Made by a program: the position numbers and the translations under genes. The notes beneath the pieces were generated by a model, which was given only the letters and a program-made list of their open reading frames with translations, was not told the DNA's origin and did no database searches. DNA of 64,000 bases from Chloroflexota bacterium. Lineage in GTDB: Bacteria > Chloroflexota > Anaerolineae > Anaerolineales > UBA4823. This document shows positions 32,525-43,553 of this stretch, one piece after another (within the stretch, counting starts at the first letter, position 1; every line of letters starts with the position of its first letter). The stretch is taken from the NCBI GenBank assembly GCA_032124675.1, contig JAQBDA010000315.1, positions 7,800 to 71,799 of the forward strand, read 5' to 3'.

Positions 32525-33402
32525 TATTGTTTTTCCTTTAAAATCACAATCAGCGGGTACTGACCAACCTCCCCGAAATAATGCGGGTAGCGCTCCTCCA
32601 GCCAGTAGAGCAGGCGCAACCAGTAGCGCCCACCCAGCCAGGGGTGGATCAGCGTGCGCAGGAAGCGCACACTTACGCTGCGCCATACGAATATCTCAAG
32701 CGGCATCTCAGCTCCCACTACGGACTGCACCCAGCGAAAATCGTGACGGCTGGTATACGTACCTTTCTGAGTGCTGCCCCCATCAGATTTGGCTTTCCCG
32801 GGTTTGCGCTCCGGACGCGGCTTACCCCGAAGCCGGCTGGCAGCCGAGCGCACCCCCCGGCTGAGGCGCATCAGCGGCTCGAAGGCGCTCATCATCCGGC
32901 TGGAAGGCCAGCCATTTACCACGACAGCCGTGCCGTCCATTGCGAGCAAACGGTTCAGCTCCTGATAAGCCCGCAGGTGCTCGTCTTCCGGTAGGTGGTG
33001 GATGGTGTGTAGGGAGGCGACCGCCTCGAAGGCCTGTTCCTTGAAGGGCAGGTTGGCGATATCGGCGACGACGAACAGTCCGTGGTCCCCGATGCGGGCG
33101 CGCGCTTCCTGCAGTGCGGTGATTGAGATATCGGCACACACCCGGTACCGGTAGCCCTGGGAATATGTCAGATATTCCGGATATTGGATCGGCCCTGATC
33201 CGGCGTCCAGGAAATAACGCCCGGATGGTCTCAGGTGCCGCAGAAGGCGCAAGTGGCAGCGGTGGATGTACTGGCGTGAGACCGGGCGCAGGTCCTCGTA
33301 ATGAGTGTTCTGGTACAGCCCCTCGCTGATCTCCTGCCAGCCAACCTGGTCGTAAAATTCACGCACTTGCTGCTTGATATCTGTCTGGCTGCTCATCATC
33401 AC
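32524..33402 (-). CDS. class I SAM-dependent methyltransferase
   Basis: 292 aa. FLDAGSGP (motif I), VCADIS, and LPFKEQAFEAVASLHTIHHL. Confidence 0.8.
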   Translation of the reverse strand: MMMSSQTDIKQQVREFYDQVGWQEISEGLYQNTHYEDLRPVSRQYIHRCHLRLLRHLRPSGRYFLDAGSGPIQYPEYLTYSQGYRYRVCADISITALQEARARIGDHGLFVVADIANLPFKEQAFEAVASLHTIHHLPEDEHLRAYQELNRLLAMDGTAVVVNGWPSSRMMSAFEPLMRLSRGVRSAASRLRGKPRPERKPGKAKSDGGSTQKGTYTSRHDFRWVQSVVGAEMPLEIFVWRSVSVRFLRTLIHPWLGGRYWLRLLYWLEERYPHYFGEVGQYPLIVILKEKQ

Positions 33403-35015
33403 CGTGCTTCGTGCTCTCTGGCAGCCCAGCCAATCGGGTCGCCGGTCAGGTAGCGGAATGTATCCCCGAACACCGCCTGCCCACCCTCATCGAGCACGCG
33501 CTCGAGCGGCCATTCCTGCAGTTCATCCCAGCAATGCAGCAGGTGCCAGGGGAACGGCTGGGGGTATTCGAAGAAGAAGCGGTATGCGTAATTCCAGGCC
33601 TGGTCAACCTGCTCGCGTGCCAGTCTGAAAGATCCTTGCTCTGCTATGGAAATATCCAGCAGGTCTTGATAAGCATGCCAGGTATGCGGGTCGTACGTGA
33701 AGCCTCTGCCGCGGTAGTGGGTCTGTCCAGCGACGACAACCGGCACGCCGCTCATCGCCATCTCCATGCCAACCGTGGTGGTATATACCAGACCAAAATC
33801 TGCGATATCAATCAAATCATAGGTATTGATCGGATCATCAGCCGCCACCAGGTGAATGTGTACGGGTGGTTCTGGCAGCACCTGGCGCACCACATCGGCC
33901 ACCGACGGCCCGCTGGTATAGCGCTCACCAGGATGAATGCGCACGACGAGCTGGACATCCGGGCGGGTCGAAAAATATCCCACAGTGCGCTGCAGCCATT
34001 CGGTCATGCTGGCGGTAAATATCTGCCGCCCGAGTGTCAGGCTGTCTCCGATCACGTTGGCTGCCAGCAGCACGACCGGTCTGCCGTCGAGACCGACTGT
34101 CGAGCGCACCTGGTCCTCGCCCTGGCTGGGCAGACCCTGCCAGCGGCGGGAGAAGTTCTGCCACAGGTCAGCCTGCTGGCGGGAGGCAAATAAGGCCCGC
34201 GCCTGTTCGACCTGCTCGGCGCTGAGAGGTGCATCCTTGCGCGCCTGCCACATGGCATCCGTCTCCTGGCGCATCACCTCGCCGTTCTGTGCCAGCCAGA
34301 TACGGCCGCGCTGCTCTCCGAATTCGTATGTCACGACCGGGATGCCCAGATAGCGCGCCACCTGGTAGATGGCGCCAAATTCCAGGATGCTGCCGTTAGG
34401 CGTGACGATCACGTCGGGACGGCTGCCTCTCAGGAGTGCGAGCGTGGCTGCGGCAGCCTGCCGGTTGCGCTCGAGGCGCAGGCGATACAGGTCGCTGTCC
34501 AGATCGACATCTTCTTCCTGCAGTGTGTACTGCACGTCGCGGTGTGATACCACCTCGATTGCATTGAGGAGCCCGGCTGGCAGATCATCCGGTCTGGAGC
34601 GCGCGCGAGCATCGATAAGCGATATGCAATCTAGTAGAGGCCCGGTTTGCCCGAGGATATTCTGGCTGTAGGCTATCTGCCGGCGCAGGTCGAAGCGGTT
34701 CAACGGCTTGCGCCAGTTGGTATACGGCAGGTAGGCCAGGCGGACCTGGTGCCCCAGCCCGCCCAGTGCCAGACCCATCAGTACCGCATGCTCGATCCAG
34801 TAGCGCAGGGTGGCAAAGAACAGCACTTTTTTCCCGGACGGGAAACGCTCTGAGGCGGCCTCCGCCTGGCCGCGCCACTGAGGCAGCCATTCTTCGGTGC
34901 GCTGCAGAGAAAAACTCTCGCTGAGCGGCTTGCCGCTGTGCCGTAGCTGCCAGTAGAGTTCAGCGCTGAGCGGAAGCTCGCCCAGGATGCGTTTGACGGT
35001 GGTCTTACTGATCAT
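33399..35015 (-). CDS. Capsule_synth (KpsC/KpsS)-like GT-B transferase with HP motif; candidate ulosonic-acid transferase
   Basis: 538 aa. VVRIHPGE followed by LVYTTTVGMEMAMSGVPVVVAGQTHY. Paralog of 7382-9058. Confidence 0.55.
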   Translation of the reverse strand: MISKTTVKRILGELPLSAELYWQLRHSGKPLSESFSLQRTEEWLPQWRGQAEAASERFPSGKKVLFFATLRYWIEHAVLMGLALGGLGHQVRLAYLPYTNWRKPLNRFDLRRQIAYSQNILGQTGPLLDCISLIDARARSRPDDLPAGLLNAIEVVSHRDVQYTLQEEDVDLDSDLYRLRLERNRQAAAATLALLRGSRPDVIVTPNGSILEFGAIYQVARYLGIPVVTYEFGEQRGRIWLAQNGEVMRQETDAMWQARKDAPLSAEQVEQARALFASRQQADLWQNFSRRWQGLPSQGEDQVRSTVGLDGRPVVLLAANVIGDSLTLGRQIFTASMTEWLQRTVGYFSTRPDVQLVVRIHPGERYTSGPSVADVVRQVLPEPPVHIHLVAADDPINTYDLIDIADFGLVYTTTVGMEMAMSGVPVVVAGQTHYRGRGFTYDPHTWHAYQDLLDISIAEQGSFRLAREQVDQAWNYAYRFFFEYPQPFPWHLLHCWDELQEWPLERVLDEGGQAVFGDTFRYLTGDPIGWAAREHEAR

Positions 35016-36321
35016 GTTTACCGCCTACGCCTATACGATCTCCTTGCGAGTTTAGTTGTGCTATCCGCCACTCAAGTCTCGGGCGTACTGCCCCGAGACG
35101 CGGTTCCAGCCACTGCATACCCGGTGCGCCGGAGGCATCCACCGTGAAAGCCAGGGCATACTCATCCTGGAAGTAGCGGCGCACCCGGAAGGTGCTGGCG
35201 TTAATGCCGATCACGTAGCGCCCTTCGTTCAAGAAATCAGCCGGGATGGTGCAGCGGCTGGTGTAGCGACTGGCAGGTCGAGCACCATACTGCTCGTACT
35301 GGTCCCGGTCATCGGTGTCGAATGATGTGAAGATATGCTCACCGTGGGTGCTCATCAGGTAGATGCCCACCCGCAGCCCGCTGAGGGCTTCTGCCAGGGT
35401 GTACTCGATCTCGATTGTTGCCGGTTCGACAGAGCGGATTGTGTCCACGATCCGACCGCCCTGGTTTCGCACCCGCAGGGCGACAGGACAGAAGGGGGCT
35501 GCTTCAGCAGGGATCTCGTCCGGCTGCCAGTAGTGTTCTCCCGTCCGGGCGAATCCGGAAGTCAGATAGTAATCGACCGCCTGTTGGGAGGCAGCGCGCA
35601 TCACCAGTCTGCCCTTTTCCAGGATGATCGTCTCCTGGGTTAGGCGTAAGATGGCGGACATATTGTGGCTGACGAAGAGCACGGTGCGCCCCTGGCTGGC
35701 GACATCGCTCATCTTGCCAAGGCACTTGCGCTGGAATTCCGCGTCGCCTACCGCCAGTACTTCGTCCACCACCAGGATCTCCGGCTCCATGTGGGCTGCG
35801 ACGGCGAACGCCAGCCGAAGGTACATGCCGCTTGAGTATCGTTTGACTGGAGTGTCAATGAATTTCTCCACGCCGGAGAAATCGACGATCTCGTCGAATT
35901 TGCGCTCGATCTCGGCTCGCTTCATGCCCAGGATCGCGCCGTTCAGGGAGATATTTTCTCTGCCGGTGAGTTCCGGGTGGAAGCCGGTGCCGACTTCCAG
36001 CAGTGAGCCCACCCGCCCGTGGATCTCGGCATACCCCATGCTGGGCTCGGTGACCCGGGAAAGGATCTTCAGCAGCGTGCTCTTACCGGCGCCATTGCGT
36101 CCGATCACGCCGAGGACATCGCCCTTCTTGACCTCGAATGAGACATCCTCCAGCGCCCAGATCGTGTTGTTGGACCTGGCGCGCAGCTCCCCGCGCGCCA
36201 GCTTTGCCGGGAACCTGAATGCGTCGGCAATCGAATCACGCAGCGTGCGGTAGCGATCGATCTCCCCACCGATCTTGTACTGCTTTCCCAGGTTTTCAAC
36301 TTTGATGGCAATCTTGCTCAC
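35005..36321 (-). CDS. wzt: polysaccharide ABC exporter ATP-binding protein (Wzt/TagH-like) with C-terminal substrate-recognition-type extension
   Basis: 438 aa. Walker A GRNGAGKSTLL, signature YSSGMYLRLAFA, Walker B ILVVDE. About 190 extra C-terminal residues rich in beta-strand pattern (Wzt_C-like). GTG start at 36321. Confidence 0.85.
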   Translation of the reverse strand: MSKIAIKVENLGKQYKIGGEIDRYRTLRDSIADAFRFPAKLARGELRARSNNTIWALEDVSFEVKKGDVLGVIGRNGAGKSTLLKILSRVTEPSMGYAEIHGRVGSLLEVGTGFHPELTGRENISLNGAILGMKRAEIERKFDEIVDFSGVEKFIDTPVKRYSSGMYLRLAFAVAAHMEPEILVVDEVLAVGDAEFQRKCLGKMSDVASQGRTVLFVSHNMSAILRLTQETIILEKGRLVMRAASQQAVDYYLTSGFARTGEHYWQPDEIPAEAAPFCPVALRVRNQGGRIVDTIRSVEPATIEIEYTLAEALSGLRVGIYLMSTHGEHIFTSFDTDDRDQYEQYGARPASRYTSRCTIPADFLNEGRYVIGINASTFRVRRYFQDEYALAFTVDASGAPGMQWLEPRLGAVRPRLEWRIAQLNSQGDRIGVGGKHDQ

Positions 36322-36358
36322 TGGATACTCTCGTTATATTCCTTGCTGGATGCAGCAC

Positions 36359-38225
<1,867 letters not shown>

Positions 38226-38242
38226 TTATATAGTAGTGCCGG

Positions 38243-38734
38243 TCATGCCATCTCAGGCATACGCAGCTGCACCTTCATCCCGCGTACTTCGAGGACAGGC
38301 AGGTTTGCAACTGACCCATCCGGGTTGGCTGCCACGTCGATCGCCGCCTCCAGGCAGGTCAGCCGGCAGATGTCGGCGATATCGCCTTCTCCGTCGATGA
38401 TGATCTGCCTATACCCGGTCTCTTTGACATCTGCCAGCAGCTCACGCACCCGCAGGCGCGTGCGCCTGTACAGGTGCATCGAGGTTTCGATATAATTCAC
38501 CGTAAGTCGAGCTCGAAATGCCAGCCCCTCCGGAGTGATGATATAGCGCAGCTTGCGGCGCTGGGCACGCTTTACTTTTACGTAGCCTTTGGCGACAAAG
38601 CGTTTTATATGCCAGTTAACCGTGCCGACGGCGATGCCCAGTGTGGCTGCCAGAGATGCCTGGGTCACGTCCGGGTCACGCTCGATTTGTTCGAGCAGGA
38701 CGAGCTCGCGAGCTGGATCAGGTTGTGTTTCCAT
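38243..38734 (-). CDS. winged helix-turn-helix transcriptional regulator
   Basis: ATG 38734 has GGAG 6 nt upstream (the track start 38746 is TTG). wHTH TQASLAATLGIAVGTVNWHIKRFVAKGYVKV. C-terminal alpha/beta domain of unknown role. Confidence 0.7.
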   Translation of the reverse strand: METQPDPARELVLLEQIERDPDVTQASLAATLGIAVGTVNWHIKRFVAKGYVKVKRAQRRKLRYIITPEGLAFRARLTVNYIETSMHLYRRTRLRVRELLADVKETGYRQIIIDGEGDIADICRLTCLEAAIDVAANPDGSVANLPVLEVRGMKVQLRMPEMA

Positions 38735-38746
38735 AGACGACTCCAA

Positions 38747-38820
38747 AATTCAGTCGCTGAATTATAACCTATATTGATCTGGTTGAGAGGTGATTTTCAA
38801 CCGAGCCCGAGGCGGTTTGA
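38747..38820 (-). promoter_or_regulatory. possible internal promoter region upstream of the wHTH regulator
   Basis: On the minus strand: TATAAT (38766-38761) about 27 nt upstream of the ATG, TTGAAA (38800-38795), and a 7-bp hairpin aattcag/ctgaatt (38746-38762). No -35/-10 pair has good spacing together with good hexamers. Confidence 0.25.
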
Positions 38821-40497
38821 TTAATAAGTGGGGTAGATGCGTGCGTACTCAAGGCCATTCAGATAGATGACTTCTTCGGGAGTTTGGGCTGCGAAGAATT
38901 CCAAAAATACCTGGCTGGGAAGCTGGCGCTGCCATTGATGGGAATACAGGACAACATAATCCGCTTTTGGCAGCTCTTCAGGACTGTCGGGGAAGTCTCG
39001 CTGCAAGGTTTCTCCAGCAAAGAAATAGGAAAAAGGCCCATCCGGGTACCAGGAGGCCACGCGCAGCTTCTCGGCACCCGGCTTGCCGTTCAAATAGCGG
39101 GCTGCCTGATCCAGGCCCTCTCCCCAGCCGATCATCATCACCCGGGGTGCTTTGCGGCTGCCACCAACCAGCGGATTGTAATAGCTTAGATAGTACGGGT
39201 GCGTTCTCCAGGTGCCAAACGCTTGAGCTAGGACCACGACCAGCAGCAGTAAACCGGCTCCGATGCCAGCCCATCTGGCGACAGAAAACCTCGCCGGGGA
39301 GCCAACCCGTACCCTGCTCAACAGCGGGCTTAAGACAGCCACCCATCCCATCCCTGCCAGCAGGTCGAGCGCTGGGAAGACCGGCAGAAGGTAGCGATCG
39401 AACTTCTTTGCCCCAAAGGTCATAAACAGAGTGTAGAAGAGAACATACAGAGCCAAATAGAGTATTGTGCGCCTTTGCTCCCTGATCGACGGGAACCTGC
39501 CTGGCAAGATTAGGGCTGCTGCCAACAGCAGCAGCCCAACCAGCACTGCAGGTGTTGACCGCCAGAAGTAGCTGATGGGGTAGAAGCGCCAGTCCGAGAT
39601 GCCTGCCTGGTGTATCTCGCCATTGAAAAAGGTGATGCTGTCGTGCCCTTCAGATGCGTAGCTGGCAGCCCCGCCGAAGACCTGCTGCAGGGCAGACAGC
39701 GGGTCGGTCCACATCGCAGGCCAGAGCAGGACAAAAACCAGGGCTGCGGTGGCTGTCCAGATCAAAGCCGGTCTGGCAGCTTGCCACAGGGCTCCCCAGA
39801 CAACCTGCCTTTTGATCCTCCAGGCGCGAACTGCCTCGATCAGGCAGGTCAGACCGATGAAAAGCAGCAGGAAAAATGCTGGTGATTTGGTCAGCCAGCT
39901 CAACCCGGCGGCAGCAGCCGAGAGGAAGAGATCCCGCCGCCGCCCTCCGCGCAGCAGGTAATTCAGCCATGCCAGCAGGGAGAGCAGCATCAGCGTGCTC
40001 ACCAGACCGTCCAGATGCAGCAGACGGGAGAGGGCGACCAGGAAAGGATCGAAGGCGATCAGCAGGAATCCGACCAGGGCGGGCAGCAGACCAACCAGCC
40101 TGACCGCTGCCAGATATGCCAGACCCAAGGCAAGCACAATCCCGATGACAACCATCGCTCTTCCGGCGGCCAGCAGCTCGAGCGCATCGACATGGATGCT
40201 GTCCAGGTAGCGTTTGAATCTCTGTGGTCTATCCTGCTGCCCGGGACCCTGAGTTACGTAGGATGGGTAGCGAATGAGAAAGCCGGCTGTCCCGGCCCAC
40301 ATCACCGTGACTCCGGGGTGTTCTTTCTGGAATGTGTTGGGGAGATCTCGCTGCGCGAGGGCCAGGTAGAAATTGGCAGAGCGGGTCAGCCATTTTGGCT
40401 CGTCCGGGGTAACGAACCGGTCCAAATCCAAACTGCGCGGCAGTGCCACAGCAGCCAGTACCAGCATCAAGGAGAGCAGAGTGGGCCAGTTCTTCAT
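38821..40497 (-). CDS. GT-C glycosyltransferase, ArnT/PMT_2 (GT39/GT83-like)
   Basis: 558 aa polytopic. First extracytoplasmic loop carries the DE motif (VTPDEPKWLTRS). Large C-terminal soluble domain. Confidence 0.75.
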   Translation of the reverse strand: MKNWPTLLSLMLVLAAVALPRSLDLDRFVTPDEPKWLTRSANFYLALAQRDLPNTFQKEHPGVTVMWAGTAGFLIRYPSYVTQGPGQQDRPQRFKRYLDSIHVDALELLAAGRAMVVIGIVLALGLAYLAAVRLVGLLPALVGFLLIAFDPFLVALSRLLHLDGLVSTLMLLSLLAWLNYLLRGGRRRDLFLSAAAAGLSWLTKSPAFFLLLFIGLTCLIEAVRAWRIKRQVVWGALWQAARPALIWTATAALVFVLLWPAMWTDPLSALQQVFGGAASYASEGHDSITFFNGEIHQAGISDWRFYPISYFWRSTPAVLVGLLLLAAALILPGRFPSIREQRRTILYLALYVLFYTLFMTFGAKKFDRYLLPVFPALDLLAGMGWVAVLSPLLSRVRVGSPARFSVARWAGIGAGLLLLVVVLAQAFGTWRTHPYYLSYYNPLVGGSRKAPRVMMIGWGEGLDQAARYLNGKPGAEKLRVASWYPDGPFSYFFAGETLQRDFPDSPEELPKADYVVLYSHQWQRQLPSQVFLEFFAAQTPEEVIYLNGLEYARIYPTY

Positions 40498-40512
40498 ACC
40501 GGGTCGATGGCC

Positions 40513-42513
40513 TTATCCCTCACTGGCTGCTGGGCAAGTCCCAGGCACACTGCGTGGTTTGAGCAGCTGGATCTTCAGCTCACGGAATGTCCTGAACGGT
40601 TCGTAATAGCACAGGATCGGCTCAGCGACGTTCTTAACCCAGGCATCATTCTCCTCGCCGAAGCTCTTACCGCTGCCTTTGAAGCGCACCGCCAGCGGCT
40701 CGCTGACGATAAGGTCGTAGCGCTGTTCCTTCAAGTCCTGGTGGAGCTGTCCCAGGTAGGCCGGGTTTCCAGCCATCGCCATTTCCATTAAAAACACCTT
40801 CTCGTAATCCGGCACCAGAGGTACGTCCCGCAGCGTGTCGAAGGTTATCAGCTGTCTTTCTGAGATCATAAGCACTTCGCTGCCATTTTCCCGGGCTGCT
40901 GCTGCCGCCGAGTTTATTGCTTCCAGCGCCCGCTCCAGGCGAGATTGGTCGGCAGGCGGCGTGACCGGACCCAAGAAGATGGTGAAATAGACAGGGACCA
41001 CCAGAATGAACAGGTGTGCAGCCCAGTGAAGCCGCACGGCGGGTTGGCCGGGCTCGGGTGCGCCGGATCTAGAGCGGTCGGGCACAGCTCTGGCGAAGTA
41101 TACCCAGGCGCTGACTACCAGCAGCAGGGTCAGGTATGCATCCAGATTGTGCAGGTTGCTGCCCCCGCCGATCTTTGTGCTTACCACCAGCCCTCCGCTC
41201 AGCAGGACCAACAGGATGGCGGCTATTCCAGCCATACGCAAGGGATGCCAGTCTCGCCAGCGCCCCCTCAAGCTGGCATAGATCGCCCACAGTAGGGGAG
41301 AGGTGAGCAGCAGCAAGGCAGGTAAGACGCCCATCGGGTAAGTGGGGTTGGGCAGCAAGCGGTACCATAACAGATCGGAAGAAAAGCTGGATGTGAACTG
41401 TTCGACCGGGTTGCCGGAGATCAGGGCATAGGCCGATTGAGAGGCAAATGCCGCCAGGGTGCCTGCAGCGACCCATAGAACCGGCTTGAGCAGATATCTC
41501 CAGATCGCGCGCCCGGCTGCAGGTTCTTCCAGGAAATAGATTATCGCCGCCAGCATACCGGGCACCGGGAACCAGTTAATGCGGCTGATACCAGCCCAGA
41601 TGGACGCGATGATGATGGCAGCGCTAGTTTTCCAGAACCTGCTGCGGTCACAGCCAAGCAAAGTGATGATAACGATCACCTGCAGGTGGTAGTAGACCGG
41701 ACCGATAAGCAGGAACAAGAAGCTCCAGGCCAGGAAAACCCAGCTTTTCAGGGCATCGTTGATCGCAAGCCGCCGTGTGAGAAGCGCAGAGCTGGCGAAG
41801 GTCATACCCAGCCATAAGAGAATCTGCCATAAACGGTGCAGCCATAACGGTGAATCAGGTATCAAGAACGGTGCCGCCTGCAGCATATAGCGGCTGGGGT
41901 GCAGCACGGTGGGCGGGATGCTGATGCCGTATATTTGTTTTGAAAAATACAAAGAAGCGTAGTAGTAGCGGCTTGCTTCAGACCACCCCAAAGTCAATGG
42001 AAAATTCGTTATCTCCGGCAAGTAAACTGCAACTTTGTATACAACCGCGGCCAGCATAAGCGATGCCGCAAACAGCTCGAAATATGTCCTTCGCAGCCCA
42101 TAGCCCCACAGAAGCACACTGCTGGCTATGACGACCAGCCAGCAGATCAGCACACGGAAATAAGCTGAATTCAGGTAGCTGATCGGTGATGCGATGACCA
42201 GGTAGGCAAATAATGCCAGCACTCCCCCCAGGACGAGCAGGTTTAGATTTCCCAACCCTCTGAAGAGTTTCAGGATGGATTCGAGCCAGTCGAGCAGCCT
42301 AGTCTGCAGCGAGGTCCAGGTTGCAGCAAGAAGTCCCGCTTCGAGCGCAACCGTCAACCCGAGCAGAGCGGCAAATGCCATGTGGCGCTGCGACGCGAAT
42401 AACAGCCCGGCCCGGTAAGAGCGGGCTGCAAAATGCAGCACAGCCGCAGCCGTCAGCAGGGCAGTGATCGCCAGACAGGCGCGCAGCAGAGTTAGACGGG
42501 GTGCTTGGCTCAT
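40513..42513 (-). CDS. large polytopic membrane protein with C-terminal soluble domain (unknown, GT-C-like candidate)
   Basis: 666 aa with many hydrophobic helices, then a roughly 170-aa hydrophilic C-terminus. No family recognised. Confidence 0.6.
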   Translation of the reverse strand: MSQAPRLTLLRACLAITALLTAAAVLHFAARSYRAGLLFASQRHMAFAALLGLTVALEAGLLAATWTSLQTRLLDWLESILKLFRGLGNLNLLVLGGVLALFAYLVIASPISYLNSAYFRVLICWLVVIASSVLLWGYGLRRTYFELFAASLMLAAVVYKVAVYLPEITNFPLTLGWSEASRYYYASLYFSKQIYGISIPPTVLHPSRYMLQAAPFLIPDSPLWLHRLWQILLWLGMTFASSALLTRRLAINDALKSWVFLAWSFLFLLIGPVYYHLQVIVIITLLGCDRSRFWKTSAAIIIASIWAGISRINWFPVPGMLAAIIYFLEEPAAGRAIWRYLLKPVLWVAAGTLAAFASQSAYALISGNPVEQFTSSFSSDLLWYRLLPNPTYPMGVLPALLLLTSPLLWAIYASLRGRWRDWHPLRMAGIAAILLVLLSGGLVVSTKIGGGSNLHNLDAYLTLLLVVSAWVYFARAVPDRSRSGAPEPGQPAVRLHWAAHLFILVVPVYFTIFLGPVTPPADQSRLERALEAINSAAAAARENGSEVLMISERQLITFDTLRDVPLVPDYEKVFLMEMAMAGNPAYLGQLHQDLKEQRYDLIVSEPLAVRFKGSGKSFGEENDAWVKNVAEPILCYYEPFRTFRELKIQLLKPRSVPGTCPAASEG

Positions 42514-42536
42514 AAGTCGGTCCGGTCAGCCGGGGG

Positions 42537-43553
42537 TCATTCGCCGGAATCGTCCGGGTTGGAAGCTGGTGCGGCGGCCGCCTCTGGCCGGGCGGCTCCC
42601 GCATCCACGCTGCGCGCGGCCATGATCCCAGGCACAAAGGCTGCCCCTGGCAGACTGGCAAGCATGAAAAGGGTGCGGATCAGGATCGCCAGCGAAAGGG
42701 CGCTGGAGGTGGAGATCCCTGCAACCCGCGTGAAGATGAATGCCAGGGACAGCTCTTGCAGCCCGTAGGCATTGATCGATATCGGCAGCAGAGTGATGAA
42801 GTAAACCGCGCTCCACATCCCGGCGATCAGCCAGAAGGACACCGGCTCGCCCATTCCGAGCAGCAGCAGCCAGAGTGAGGCGAACAGGCACAGCATATGC
42901 AGCCATGTGAAACCCAGCGCCTGGAGCAATGATGACGGCTGGCTGACCCACAATTTTAGAGATTGGAGCATGCGCCGGAAGAAGCGGCTCAAGCGCCCCT
43001 GCATCTTGCGAGTGCTTGCCTGCAGGCGCGCTCTGCTCGACCCCCCAGCCGCGCCAATCACCGGGATGGTGAGACCGCTTGCGCCTGATTCCCGCAGAAC
43101 GGCATCGAAGGCAGGCAGCCCGAGAAGCAGCGCCATCGCCATTCCGGCCATGCCAACCAACCGGTCAACCACCAGGGATGCGGCGCTGATGGCGCTGTCG
43201 AAACGCAGCTGTATAGCGCCTGCCAGCCGGACGACATCACCGCCGATGGTGGTAGGCAGGAAGTTCGTGGCGAATAATCCAGCAAAGGTTAGCCGGGTCG
43301 TCTGACCGAACGTTACCGGCAGCTTGGCAGCCCGCAGCAGCACATGCCAGCGAGCGCATACTGCCAGACGCGAGAGGAGCTGCAGCGCCAGCGCCAGCAG
43401 GAACTGCCAGATGGTGATTTTCTTTATCGCCAGCAGGATTTCCTCCCAGCCCTGCTCGCTGAACAGGTATAGAAGCAGTGCCAGCGCGATGATCGTACCC
43501 CCAAGCCTCAGCCAGAAGCCGGTATTGAACTGCTTTCTCGGCGGAGTGGTCAT
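42537..43553 (-). CDS. flippase-like / LPG_synthase_TM (UPF0104) family membrane protein
   Basis: 338 aa polytopic. NFLPTTIGGDVVRLAG block typical of the family. ATGA overlap with the upstream GT2. Confidence 0.65.
   Translation of the reverse strand: MTTPPRKQFNTGFWLRLGGTIIALALLLYLFSEQGWEEILLAIKKITIWQFLLALALQLLSRLAVCARWHVLLRAAKLPVTFGQTTRLTFAGLFATNFLPTTIGGDVVRLAGAIQLRFDSAISAASLVVDRLVGMAGMAMALLLGLPAFDAVLRESGASGLTIPVIGAAGGSSRARLQASTRKMQGRLSRFFRRMLQSLKLWVSQPSSLLQALGFTWLHMLCLFASLWLLLLGMGEPVSFWLIAGMWSAVYFITLLPISINAYGLQELSLAFIFTRVAGISTSSALSLAILIRTLFMLASLPGAAFVPGIMAARSVDAGAARPEAAAAPASNPDDSGE

Noticed and set aside
38761-38800. A strong internal promoter for the wHTH regulator
   Set aside because: TATAAT lacks a credible -35 at 16-18 nt, and TTGAAA pairs only with a poor -10 (TCAATA). 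It is kept only as a low-confidence regulatory region.
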